DNA of 64,000 nucleotides, from NCBI GenBank assembly GCA_009773495.1, contig WSXW01000001.1, positions 128,088 to 192,087 on the forward strand. Reading direction: 5' to 3'. The notes beneath the pieces were generated by a model. It saw nothing but the letters and a program-made list of their open reading frames with translations, was not told the DNA's origin and did no database searches. Position numbers and translations under genes: made by a program. Positions 1 to 8,920 of the stretch are shown piece by piece. Numbering within the stretch: the stretch's first letter is position 1; the number at the start of each line of letters is the position of its first letter. The stretch is from Bacillota bacterium. GTDB lineage: Bacteria > Bacillota > UBA994.

Positions 1-69
1 TTGAACACGCGGCAGTTAGGGATACCACAAAACGCGGGCCAAAAATAGTCTGAGGAGGGAAGTGTAAAA

Positions 70-738
70 ATGAGCAAGAAATTGCGCACCCCAGAAGAAG
101 CTCTGCGAGAGATGCAGAACGGCGCCACAGTGATGATCGGTGGCTTCTTGGTCGTGGGCACTCCGGAAACTTTAATCGAAGAAATATTAAAGAAGGGCGT
201 CACCGATTTGACCGTCATAGGCAATGACACCGGATTCCCGGAGAGAGGCATCGGCAAGCTCATTGTAGCCAAACGTGCCAAGAAAGTCTTGGCCTCGCAT
301 GTCGGCACCAACCCCGAAACCGGTCGCCAAATGCACGCCGGAGAAACAGAAGTCGTCTTAATTCCGCAAGGCACTCTCGCAGAACAAGTGCGAGCTGGTG
401 GTGCGGGTTTAGGTGGCATTCTTACGCCTACAGGGGTGGGCACCATTGTGGAGGAGGGCAAACAAAAAATTGAGATAAACGGCAAGGAGTTTTTGCTGGA
501 GTTAGCTTTGCAGGCAGACTACGCCCTCATTAAAGCCCACAAAGCCGATGAGAAAGGGAACTTGGTTTATCGTCGTGCCGCCCGCAACTTTAACCCCCTA
601 ATGGCTACTGCTGCTAAAATCGTGGTGGCTGAGGTCGATGAGATCGTGCCGATAGGGAAATTGGATCCAGACGAAATTGTCACGCCGGGACTTTTTGTCA
701 CCTATTTAGTAAAAAGGGAGGCCCCTTGCGATGAGTAA
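70..738 (+). CDS. atoD: 3-oxoacid/acetate CoA-transferase subunit A
   Basis: 222 aa; CoA-transferase alpha subunit; AGGAGGG RBS 10 nt upstream of ATG. Confidence 0.85.
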   Translation: MSKKLRTPEEALREMQNGATVMIGGFLVVGTPETLIEEILKKGVTDLTVIGNDTGFPERGIGKLIVAKRAKKVLASHVGTNPETGRQMHAGETEVVLIPQGTLAEQVRAGGAGLGGILTPTGVGTIVEEGKQKIEINGKEFLLELALQADYALIKAHKADEKGNLVYRRAARNFNPLMATAAKIVVAEVDEIVPIGKLDPDEIVTPGLFVTYLVKREAPCDE

Positions 739-1387
739 AGACATTAAACGAGAACGCATTGCTCGCCGCATTGCTAGTGAGCTTCAGGACGGCATGGTGG
801 TCAATCTCGGCATTGGATTGCCTACTCAAGTGGCCAATTTTCTCCCTAGAGGAAATGACGTCCTGTTTCAGTCAGAAAATGGCTTTGTAGGTTTAGGCCC
901 CGCGCCTCTCCTCGGGCACGAAGACCCCAATGTCACTAACGCTGGGTCGCAACCTGTCACCATCTTGCCCGGTGGAGCATGTTTTGACAGTGCCATGTCT
1001 TTCGTCATCATCCGGGGTGGTCATGTAGATGTCACCGTCTTAGGGGCCCTCGAAGTAGACGAAGCGGGAAATTTGGCCAATTGGATGGTGCCAGGGAAAA
1101 TAGTGCCCGGGATGGGCGGGGCCATGGATCTTACTGTGGGTGCGCGGCGAGTGATCGTCGCTATGGAGCACACCGCTAAAGGAAACGCAAAAATCCTCAA
1201 AAAATGCACTCTGCCGCTTACGGCCATACAACAAGTAGATATGATTGTCACAGAGATGGCCGTCATAGAAGTAACGCGGCAAGGCCTAGTCCTGAAAGAG
1301 ATAGCTCCCGACACAACCGTGATGGAAGTTGTTGCCCAAACGGAGGCCACTTTAATAATCAATGACGTCAAGGTCATGGAGGTGTAA
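731..1387 (+). CDS. atoA: CoA-transferase subunit B
   Basis: 218 aa; overlaps subunit A by 8 nt, which suggests translational coupling. Confidence 0.85.
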   Translation: MSKDIKRERIARRIASELQDGMVVNLGIGLPTQVANFLPRGNDVLFQSENGFVGLGPAPLLGHEDPNVTNAGSQPVTILPGGACFDSAMSFVIIRGGHVDVTVLGALEVDEAGNLANWMVPGKIVPGMGGAMDLTVGARRVIVAMEHTAKGNAKILKKCTLPLTAIQQVDMIVTEMAVIEVTRQGLVLKEIAPDTTVMEVVAQTEATLIINDVKVMEV

Positions 1388-1650
1388 CTAAGGATTTTTA
1401 AATTACTTGCAGAAGGCAATCGCAGACAGCTCTGAAGGAGGTCAATTCGGAGGTTTCGCGCGAAAGGGCCTACACTCGTGTCATAAAAGTGTTGGGTCAG
1501 TCGTAAAGCTGTGCAAACAGCGAAAACCGGGGGGCTGGAAGCTCTTGGTAAAATAATAGTTATGCCATTCCTAAAATCCGTCTCACTGCCCTGATTCGAG
1601 ATCTATTAGAGCGATAGCCTCAGTACAACGATTAAAAAGGAGGGTTTTTT

Positions 1651-2967
1651 GTGATAAACAGACTTAGCCGTTTTTTCGTGACATTAGTCCAGCGTTATCT
1701 TCCTGATGCATATCTTTTTGCAATTTTGCTTACTTTAGTTACCTTTGGTATGGCTTGGGGCTTTACCGACACGACCTTTATGCAGCTTATCGGGATGTGG
1801 GGCGACGGGCTTTGGGGTATCCTCGGCTTTGCGATGCAGATGATACTCGTCCTAGTCACCGGCCACGCACTGGCGACTAGCAAGCCGATTAAATCACTTC
1901 TTGCTATGGTGGCTTCGATCCCTAAGAATCCACAGCAAGCAGCCATGTTGACCGTATTCGTGGCCGGCATCGCCAGCTTCTTCAACTGGGGTTTCGGCCT
2001 GGTGGTTGGCGCCCTGCTTGCTAAAGAGATGGCTCGCAAGGTAAAAAACCTTGATTATGCTCTTGTGGTTGCTGCTGCTTATTCAGGTTTTGTAATCTGG
2101 CATGGTGGTGTTTCGGGCTCTATTCCGCTCGCCATTGCGACCAAGGGACATATTATGGAGAATATGATCGGGATCATCCCGGTTACTCAAACTATTTTCT
2201 CCAGTTGGAACCTCATCATTACTTGGACAATCATCTTAACGTTGCCATTTTTGTTTAAATTCATGTCTCCTAGGCCTGAAGACGTGAAAAGGATTGACCC
2301 CACACTGCTTATTGAAAGTCCTGCAGTGGAGGCACCAAAAAAACACACTTTCGCCACTTGGCTTGAGCACAGCGTAGTTATCAATATGTTGTTTGGCGGA
2401 ATGGGCGTTATTTACTTAGTGAATCACTTCATGACTAAAGGATTTTCTCTTAGCCTTAACATCGTTATTTTCTGCTTTTTGGTGCTTGGCGTGATTTTCC
2501 ACTTAAAGCCCATCAACTACGTGCGTGCTGTGGAAGAGGCGATAAAAGGCGCAGGTGGCATCGCTCTTCAGTTCCCACTGTATGGCGGTATTCAAGGACT
2601 TATGGTGGCCTCTGGTTTAGGCGCGGTTATCGTTCAATGGTTCGTTGCGCTTTCCACCCCCACCACCTTCCCGCTACTCTCCTTCTATGCCGGTGGCATT
2701 GTAAATATGTTTGTTCCTTCTGGCGGCGGTCAGTGGATTGTTCAGGGTCCGATCACTATCCCTGCCGGCCTTACGCTTGGTGTGGACTCGGCTAGGACAG
2801 CGATGACCATCGCATACGGTGATCAGTGGACTAACATGATTCAGCCGTTCTGGGCACTACCCTTGCTCGGTATTGCTAAGCTGGGCGTCCGCGACATCAT
2901 GGGCTATTGCGCAATGACACTGATTTGGTCTGGCATCATTATCAGCCTTGCTCTGCTTTTTCTTTAG
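1651..2967 (+). CDS. atoE: short-chain fatty acid transporter, AtoE family
   Basis: 438 aa polytopic membrane protein; GTG start with GGAGGG RBS. Confidence 0.75.
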   Translation: MINRLSRFFVTLVQRYLPDAYLFAILLTLVTFGMAWGFTDTTFMQLIGMWGDGLWGILGFAMQMILVLVTGHALATSKPIKSLLAMVASIPKNPQQAAMLTVFVAGIASFFNWGFGLVVGALLAKEMARKVKNLDYALVVAAAYSGFVIWHGGVSGSIPLAIATKGHIMENMIGIIPVTQTIFSSWNLIITWTIILTLPFLFKFMSPRPEDVKRIDPTLLIESPAVEAPKKHTFATWLEHSVVINMLFGGMGVIYLVNHFMTKGFSLSLNIVIFCFLVLGVIFHLKPINYVRAVEEAIKGAGGIALQFPLYGGIQGLMVASGLGAVIVQWFVALSTPTTFPLLSFYAGGIVNMFVPSGGGQWIVQGPITIPAGLTLGVDSARTAMTIAYGDQWTNMIQPFWALPLLGIAKLGVRDIMGYCAMTLIWSGIIISLALLFL

Positions 2968-3029
2968 GCGATATATTAGGCAGAAGCGGACAAAGTCCGC
3001 TTCTGCTACTTTAAGGGGTCAAAATCTGA

Positions 3030-3244
3030 GCACCGGTATCAGCCCCGAAGCTTTCCACAGAGTGGCATCCTTGTCTTCTGGCGGTCTCGATACACTTCCG
3101 CACAACGGAGCGGTATTGACCCTGCTAGCAGTGACAGGGCTCACCCACAAGGATTCTTACTTTGATATATTCATCGTGTCTGTACTAATCCCGATCATTG
3201 CTACTATCGTAGCGATCATTCTCGCCAGCATGGGGCTAGTCTAG
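3030..3244 (+). pseudogene. possible C-terminal remnant of a GntP-like permease
   Basis: about 65 aa TM-rich tail (LPHNGAVLTLLAVTGLTHKDSY...) resembling GntP-family C-termini; no N-terminal body; begins inside the atoE 3' end. Confidence 0.3.
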
Positions 3245-3344
3245 CCTAGTGCCCACTCAGTTTTAGAATTAGCGTAACGGCAAGGAGAGGCCCTCTTCTT
3301 GCCGCTCTCTCTGATTATACTAATTTTCATAAGGAGGTTTTTTC

Positions 3345-4085
3345 ATGAGACTAAAGGACAAAGTCGCAATTGTCACAGGTGGAGGTCGCGGTATCGGCGA
3401 GGCAACTGCCAAGCTTTTTAGCCGTGAGGGCGCAATGGTTGTCGTAGCTGACATGAATCAACAAGATATCGACCGCGTAGTCGCTGACATCACCGCTAGC
3501 GGCGGCAAAGCCATTGGCTGCGTTGTAAACGTAACAGACCGTACCATGGTCGACGGTTTGGTACAGGCTGCAACCCAAAGTTTCAGCAGAATTGACATCC
3601 TGGTTAACAACGCTGGTATTACCGCAGACAATACGCTCTCCAGAATGACAGAATCCGAGTGGGACCGTGTAATCGACGTTAATCTCAAGGGCGTCTTTAA
3701 CTGCGGTCAAGCAGTAGCCAAAGTCATGGTTGAGCAAGGCGGCGGCGTTATCCTCAATGCCTCCTCTGTCGTCGGTATCTATGGCAATTTTGGTCAGACT
3801 AACTACGCAGCTACCAAGTGGGGCGTTATTGGCATTACTAAGAGCTGGGCTAAGGAGCTTGGTCGCAAGGGTATTCGTGTGAACGCAGTTGCACCTGGTT
3901 TTATCATGACACCAATGACAGACAAGATGCCTGAGAAGGTTCTAGAGATGATGAAGGATAAGTCCCCGCTAAAATCTCTTGGTTATCCGGAAGATGTTGC
4001 TGCAGCATATTTGTACCTTGCTTCGGACGAAGCACGCTTCGTGACAGGCACCGTACTAAGCGTTGACGGTGGATTAGTGTTATAA
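3345..4085 (+). CDS. SDR-family oxidoreductase (FabG-like; candidate 3-hydroxybutyrate/acetoacetyl reductase)
   Basis: TGGGRGIG Rossmann motif; 246 aa; AAGGAGG RBS. Confidence 0.8.
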   Translation: MRLKDKVAIVTGGGRGIGEATAKLFSREGAMVVVADMNQQDIDRVVADITASGGKAIGCVVNVTDRTMVDGLVQAATQSFSRIDILVNNAGITADNTLSRMTESEWDRVIDVNLKGVFNCGQAVAKVMVEQGGGVILNASSVVGIYGNFGQTNYAATKWGVIGITKSWAKELGRKGIRVNAVAPGFIMTPMTDKMPEKVLEMMKDKSPLKSLGYPEDVAAAYLYLASDEARFVTGTVLSVDGGLVL

Positions 4086-4117
4086 TTAATTTAAAAGTGA
4101 AATTGGAGGAAGGTAAC

Positions 4118-5320
4118 ATGTCAAAAGTCTACCTTGTAGCGGCAAAACGAACTGCTATCGGATCTTTTGGAGGAACACTGGCCCCAGTGCACCCGGCCGA
4201 AATCGGTGCTGCGGTAATAAAAGGCTTGCTGAATGACACGGGGGTAGCGCCAGACTCCATAGACGAAGTAATTGTAGGCAACATCCTGTCCGCAGGTTTA
4301 GGACAAGGCATTGCACGCCAAGTGGCTATTAAGGCGGGGCTACCCGTTTCTGTTCCTGCCTATGCACTTAATATGGTGTGTGGTTCTGGCATGAAGGCCC
4401 TCCTCAGTGCCTTCGCCAACATTACCGTAGGTTTGCATCATGTAGTCATTGCTGGTGGTACCGAGAACATGTCCATGGCTCCTTATATTCTTCCGAACGC
4501 CCGCACTGGTTTCCGCATGGGTCATGTGCAAGCTAATGACCACATGGTTTTCGATGCGTTAACCGATGCCTTCAACAATGTCCACATGGGCATCACTGCT
4601 GAGAACATCGCCGAAAAGCATGGAATTTCTCGTCTAGCCCAAGATGAATTTGCGCTGAATTCGCAGAAGAAGGCGGTTGCCGCTGTCGATGCAGGACGTT
4701 TCAAAGACGAGATTACACCAGTTGAAATTAAGACTCGCAAAGAAACCATCATCTTTGCACAGGACGAGTATCCAAACCGTTCTGCCGCGCTTGAGAAAAT
4801 GGCGGCACTTAAGCCTGCATTTAAGAAAGATGGCACTGTAACTGCAGGTAACGCCTCCGGAATTAATGACGGCGCTGCTTTCTGCATGCTTGCTTCGGAG
4901 GCCGCAGTCGCAAAATACAATCTTATCCCGATGGCAGAAGTAATTGGAATCGGGCAAGGCGGGGTGGAGCCTCTCTTCATGGGCCTTGGTCCTGTGCCAG
5001 CAGTGGCTGCAGCACTAAAGCATGCTGGACTTAACCTGGCCGATATTGAGTTACTCGAACTCAACGAAGCTTTTGCCGCGCAATCGTTAGGCGTGGTGAA
5101 AGAACTTGCCGATGCGCACCATTTGACCTCCGAGGCTATTGTGGAGAAGTGCAACGTCAACGGTGGAGCTATTGCTTTGGGTCATCCGGTTGGCTCATCA
5201 GGCGCCCGTATTATTACTACACTTGTACACGAAATGAAGAAGCAAAACCTTATCTATGGCTTGGCCTCCCTTTGTATCGGTGGCGGCATGGGCACAGCCA
5301 TTATCCTAAAGAGAGACTAA
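4118..5320 (+). CDS. atoB: acetyl-CoA C-acetyltransferase (thiolase)
   Basis: thiolase fold; the track ORF starts at 4097 but GGAGGAAGG RBS favours ATG at 4118 (MSKVYLVAAKRTAIGSFGG). Confidence 0.85.
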   Translation: MSKVYLVAAKRTAIGSFGGTLAPVHPAEIGAAVIKGLLNDTGVAPDSIDEVIVGNILSAGLGQGIARQVAIKAGLPVSVPAYALNMVCGSGMKALLSAFANITVGLHHVVIAGGTENMSMAPYILPNARTGFRMGHVQANDHMVFDALTDAFNNVHMGITAENIAEKHGISRLAQDEFALNSQKKAVAAVDAGRFKDEITPVEIKTRKETIIFAQDEYPNRSAALEKMAALKPAFKKDGTVTAGNASGINDGAAFCMLASEAAVAKYNLIPMAEVIGIGQGGVEPLFMGLGPVPAVAAALKHAGLNLADIELLELNEAFAAQSLGVVKELADAHHLTSEAIVEKCNVNGGAIALGHPVGSSGARIITTLVHEMKKQNLIYGLASLCIGGGMGTAIILKRD

Positions 5321-5361
5321 CGACCAAAAGATTCCTAACAACCTAGTATGATTCTCGCTAT

Positions 5362-5395
5362 GGGTCAACGTTAAAACGTTGACCCATCTGTTTTT
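5362..5395 (+). terminator. rho-independent terminator of the CoA-transferase-to-thiolase operon
   Basis: GGGTCAACGTT-aaa-ACGTTGACCC hairpin followed by a T run. Confidence 0.8.
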
Positions 5396-5512
5396 GGTAA
5401 GAGTAAAATGCCCGCACCCATTAAATGCTCACCTCTATTGCATTAGTTGGTACAATAGAGTTAGTTAATGGTGTGGTGTGCACCCCTTAAGCAATGACGA
5501 AGAGGTGAACTA

Positions 5513-6394
5513 ATGCAGAGATCCTATATTGTATGCCTAATTGGAATTATCGCCGTCTCATTTGCAGCTACTTTCATACGCATGGCCGACGCCCATCCTA
5601 CGGTAATCGCCTTTATGCGCATGGCGATTGCCGCCGTTTTGTTGGGTATTGTATGGTTAGCTACTAATCGCGAGTATCCGAGAGCTAACGATATTCCTTA
5701 TCTATTTGCCGCAGGAGTATGTCTTGCCTTACATTTTGTTACCTGGATTGCTTCACTTGGTATGACTTCTGTAGCGAGTTCTGTGGTGCTGGTAACCATG
5801 CAACCACTCTTCGTGCTAGCCATATCTACCTATTTGTTTAAGGAAAGAATTACATCAAGAGAGATATTAGGCGTAGCCCTCTGCTTGATGGGGGCGCTAA
5901 GCATTGCCTGGAGTGACATGCAGACCGGAGGGCATAGTACCCTGCAAGGAAATACGCTGGCTTTAAGTGGGGCGGCTTTTGCGGCGTTGTACTTTGTTTT
6001 CGGCAAAAAGGTGCGGCGAAGACTTCATATCCTCCCTTATGTTGCGATAACCTATTCTATAGCGGCCTTAACCCTAGGACTAATAGTGTCGATATATCGC
6101 TTACCGCTTGGCCCTTTTTCTTTTCCGACTTGGGGAGCCTTCGTAGGGCTGGCTCTTGTCTGTACTGTTATAGGCCACAGTTCTTTTAACTATGCGATTG
6201 CCTACCTCCCGGCCAGCACAGTGAGTGTAGCCACTCTAGGTGAACCACTAGGGGCTACGCTCCTAGCTACCTTTATACTGCGAGAAGCACCTACCTTAGG
6301 TCAAATAGTTGGCGGGGGCATTATAATTGCTGGTATTTACATATTTTCAGTTAAAACACAGCCCAGTATTTCTCCCACCAGATGCATAAGCTAG
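5513..6394 (+). CDS. EamA/DMT-family transporter
   Basis: 293 aa, 10 TM; two EamA-like halves. Confidence 0.75.
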   Translation: MQRSYIVCLIGIIAVSFAATFIRMADAHPTVIAFMRMAIAAVLLGIVWLATNREYPRANDIPYLFAAGVCLALHFVTWIASLGMTSVASSVVLVTMQPLFVLAISTYLFKERITSREILGVALCLMGALSIAWSDMQTGGHSTLQGNTLALSGAAFAALYFVFGKKVRRRLHILPYVAITYSIAALTLGLIVSIYRLPLGPFSFPTWGAFVGLALVCTVIGHSSFNYAIAYLPASTVSVATLGEPLGATLLATFILREAPTLGQIVGGGIIIAGIYIFSVKTQPSISPTRCIS

Positions 6395-6420
6395 GCAGGG
6401 ACAGACAGCCACAAAAATTA

Positions 6421-6474
6421 TTGACGAGGAAATTTAACTATGCTAATCTTTAATTGAATACCCCCCTGGGGTAT
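6421..6474 (+). promoter_or_regulatory. copA promoter (TTGACG-17-TAATCT) with CsoR-like GC-rich inverted-repeat operator ATACCCCCCTGGGGTAT
   Basis: sigma-A-like -35/-10 at 6421-6449; pseudo-palindrome 6458-6474 immediately downstream, resembling copper-sensing CsoR operators. Confidence 0.5.
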
Positions 6475-6496
6475 TGGTCGAAGGAGATGATTCGAA

Positions 6497-8788
6497 ATGG
6501 AAACTAGAAACACCAAGACAGTTACTATTAACGTTAAGGACATGACTTGTGCAGCTTGCTCTAGTAAAGTCGAGCGCGCATTACAGCGACTAAACGGTGT
6601 GCAACATGCAACCGTTAATCTTGCCACAGGCAAGGCCACGGTAGTCTTTGATGAATCGCTAATATCTCCCGGAGATTTAGAGAAGAAAATCACTGCGGTA
6701 GGCTACACGGCCTCCCTTGAGGTGTCTGACGGACGCTCAGCAGACGCAAAAAATGACGACAAGCAAAAAGTCATCATTGCTGCCCGCCGCATGTGGGTTA
6801 GCTGGGCACTCACTACGCCGATTATTCTTTGGATGCTTCCGGCAATGTTTGCAGGCGGACATAATATGGATGTAATGTGGCCAAGCAAAAGCGTGTACGG
6901 CCTAGGGATGCTAATACTATCTAGCCCTGTGCTGTTCTACGCAGGTAGGCATACTTACCTGTCAGCGTATAAGGCCACCATAAACCTAAGCCCGAACATG
7001 GACACCCTTATTGCTTTAGGCACACTCGCAGCCTGGGCTACAGGAATAACAACCTTCTTCTCCCACATCGAAAACTACGCTGGGGTAGCTGCGATGATTA
7101 TGGCTTTTCACCTGACGGGGCGTTACCTCGAAGCCAAGGCTAAGGGTCGAGCGTCTGAGGCTATAAAGCGCTTACTACAACTCGAAGCTAAGACCGCTAC
7201 CATCATGGTTGACGGAAATGAAGTGCAAGTTGCGCTGCAGAGCTTAAAGCTTGGGGACATTATGGTAATCCGGCCAGGTGAGAAAGTCCCTACTGATGGC
7301 CAGGTGGTAAAGGGCGCTACGAGTATAGATGAATCCATGGCCACCGGTGAATCTATGCCCGTAAGGAAAAGTATGGGTGATGAAGTAATTGGAGCTACTG
7401 TAAACCAAGAAGGCATGATTCATGCAGAAGCCACTCGTATTGGTAAGGATACATTCCTGTCGCAGGTGATTAAGTTAGTCGAAGACGCCCAAGGGACAAA
7501 GGTTCCTATTCAGGAGTTCGCGGATAAAGTTACTGCCGTATTTGTTCCAATCGTGCTAGTCATAGCCCTCGGGACACTGGCACTGTGGCTACTGTTTCCC
7601 GCGCAATTTACTTCCATCCTGCACATCGCAAAGCCCTACATCCCTTGGGTAAATCCCCATCTCAGCCCTGTTACCCTCGCTATAGTCGCTACTGTAGCTG
7701 TGCTAGTTATTGCCTGCCCCTGTGCCTTAGGTTTGGCCACACCGACAGCGCTGATGGTGGGCAGTGGCATCGGCGCAGAAAACGGCATCTTAATCAGACG
7801 TGGCGCCGCCATACAAATGCTGCAATACGTAAATGTAATAGTTTTTGATAAAACCGGAACTATCACTAAAGGCAAGCCCGACCTGACAGATATAGTTGCC
7901 TTGTCAGGCACTGAAGATGAGCTACTAAGGCTAGCAGCCAGTGCTGAACTGGGATCAGAGCATCCCTTAGGGAGATCAATTGTTAAGGCCGCAAAAGAAC
8001 GAGGGCTAGAGCTAATTGAGGCCGAAAACTTTGCCTCAATTACCGGACGAGGCATTTCGGCAACTATTGCGAGCCGCAAAGTATTCGTAGGCAGCCGCAA
8101 ATTGCTAAGCGAGAATAACATCGACCCTTCGTCTGCCGAGCAGGATACAGCTCGCTTAGAGGGCGAAGGCAAGACTGCCATGTTCGTCGCTGTTGACGAT
8201 AGACTCTTGGGGGTAGTGGCAGTGGCTGACACCCTTAAGGATGACTCCCGAGCTGCGATTGAAGAGCTAAAGCACATGGGCCTCGTGCCCGTGATGATCA
8301 CTGGTGACAACCGCCGCACAGCCGAAGCTATTGCTCGTTCCGTAGGGATTGAGCACGTCTTGGCGGAAGTCTTACCTGAAGGGAAAGTAGATGAAGTGAA
8401 GCGACTGCAAGCCAATGGCAAGAAAGTTGCCATGGTTGGCGACGGCATTAATGACGCGCCAGCTCTAACACAGGCCGACGTAGGCATTGCCATTGGTACC
8501 GGCACCGACATTGCTATAGAAGCAGCTGATGTAACCCTAGTACGCGGCAACCTCTCCGCGGCTGTGAGTGCCATAAAGCTCTCGCGAGCTACCTTTAAGA
8601 AGATACGTCAAAACCTATTCTGGGCTTTCTTTTACAATGTAGTGGCCATACCACTTGCGGTTGTGGGTCTGTTACACCCAGTAATCGCCGAGGTCGCCAT
8701 GGCTATAAGCTCCGTTAGCGTAGTGACAAACGCTAACCTATTGCGACGGGTAAATATCCGGTCGGAGTATGAGCGCGGTCGTTCCTAG
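6497..8788 (+). CDS. copA: copper-translocating P-type ATPase
   Basis: N-terminal HMA domain ([10 protein letters not shown]); CPC motif; DKTGT; GDGINDAP. Confidence 0.9.
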   Translation: METRNTKTVTINVKDMTCAACSSKVERALQRLNGVQHATVNLATGKATVVFDESLISPGDLEKKITAVGYTASLEVSDGRSADAKNDDKQKVIIAARRMWVSWALTTPIILWMLPAMFAGGHNMDVMWPSKSVYGLGMLILSSPVLFYAGRHTYLSAYKATINLSPNMDTLIALGTLAAWATGITTFFSHIENYAGVAAMIMAFHLTGRYLEAKAKGRASEAIKRLLQLEAKTATIMVDGNEVQVALQSLKLGDIMVIRPGEKVPTDGQVVKGATSIDESMATGESMPVRKSMGDEVIGATVNQEGMIHAEATRIGKDTFLSQVIKLVEDAQGTKVPIQEFADKVTAVFVPIVLVIALGTLALWLLFPAQFTSILHIAKPYIPWVNPHLSPVTLAIVATVAVLVIACPCALGLATPTALMVGSGIGAENGILIRRGAAIQMLQYVNVIVFDKTGTITKGKPDLTDIVALSGTEDELLRLAASAELGSEHPLGRSIVKAAKERGLELIEAENFASITGRGISATIASRKVFVGSRKLLSENNIDPSSAEQDTARLEGEGKTAMFVAVDDRLLGVVAVADTLKDDSRAAIEELKHMGLVPVMITGDNRRTAEAIARSVGIEHVLAEVLPEGKVDEVKRLQANGKKVAMVGDGINDAPALTQADVGIAIGTGTDIAIEAADVTLVRGNLSAAVSAIKLSRATFKKIRQNLFWAFFYNVVAIPLAVVGLLHPVIAEVAMAISSVSVVTNANLLRRVNIRSEYERGRS

Positions 8789-8789
8789 T

Positions 8790-8880
8790 TCTTTTGCTCC
8801 TAGTTCCTAGGGGGACGTACATGGTACACAGTACACGGTACATGGTACGAGGTGGTGTCCGGTGTGATTAGTGATTGACC
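8790..8880. repeat. heptanucleotide-periodic tandem repeat tract
   Basis: (TTCCTAG)-like x3, then GTACATG GTACACA GTACACG GTACATG GTACGAG, then GTGGTGT/CCGGTGT/GATTAGT/GATTGAC. Confidence 0.7.
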
Positions 8881-8883
8881 TGA

Positions 8884-8920
8884 AAAGGGTCTGGTTCACG
8901 ATTGTGAACCAGACCCTTTT
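8884..8920. terminator. bidirectional terminator between convergent copA and radical SAM gene
   Basis: AAAGGGTCTGGTTCAC-gatt-GTGAACCAGACCCTTTT. Confidence 0.75.

Noticed and set aside
1388-1650. Sigma-54 (-24/-12) promoter for an AtoC-type regulated atoE
   Set aside because: No TGGCAC-N5-TTGCA match. TGG...TGC elements are present but with wrong spacing.
4522-5160. 212-aa ORF antisense to the thiolase gene (similar cases: 7636-8574 antisense to copA, 36620-37141 antisense to the ABC ATPase, 26437-26922 antisense to an ABC-2 permease)
   Set aside because: Each is a shadow ORF on the opposite strand of a well-supported gene. Their composition is low-complexity and Ser/Ala/Arg-rich, typical of antisense frames, and none has an RBS.
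6418-6693. 91-aa minus-strand ORF across the copA promoter and start
   Set aside because: It overlaps the copA promoter/operator and 5' coding region and has no support.
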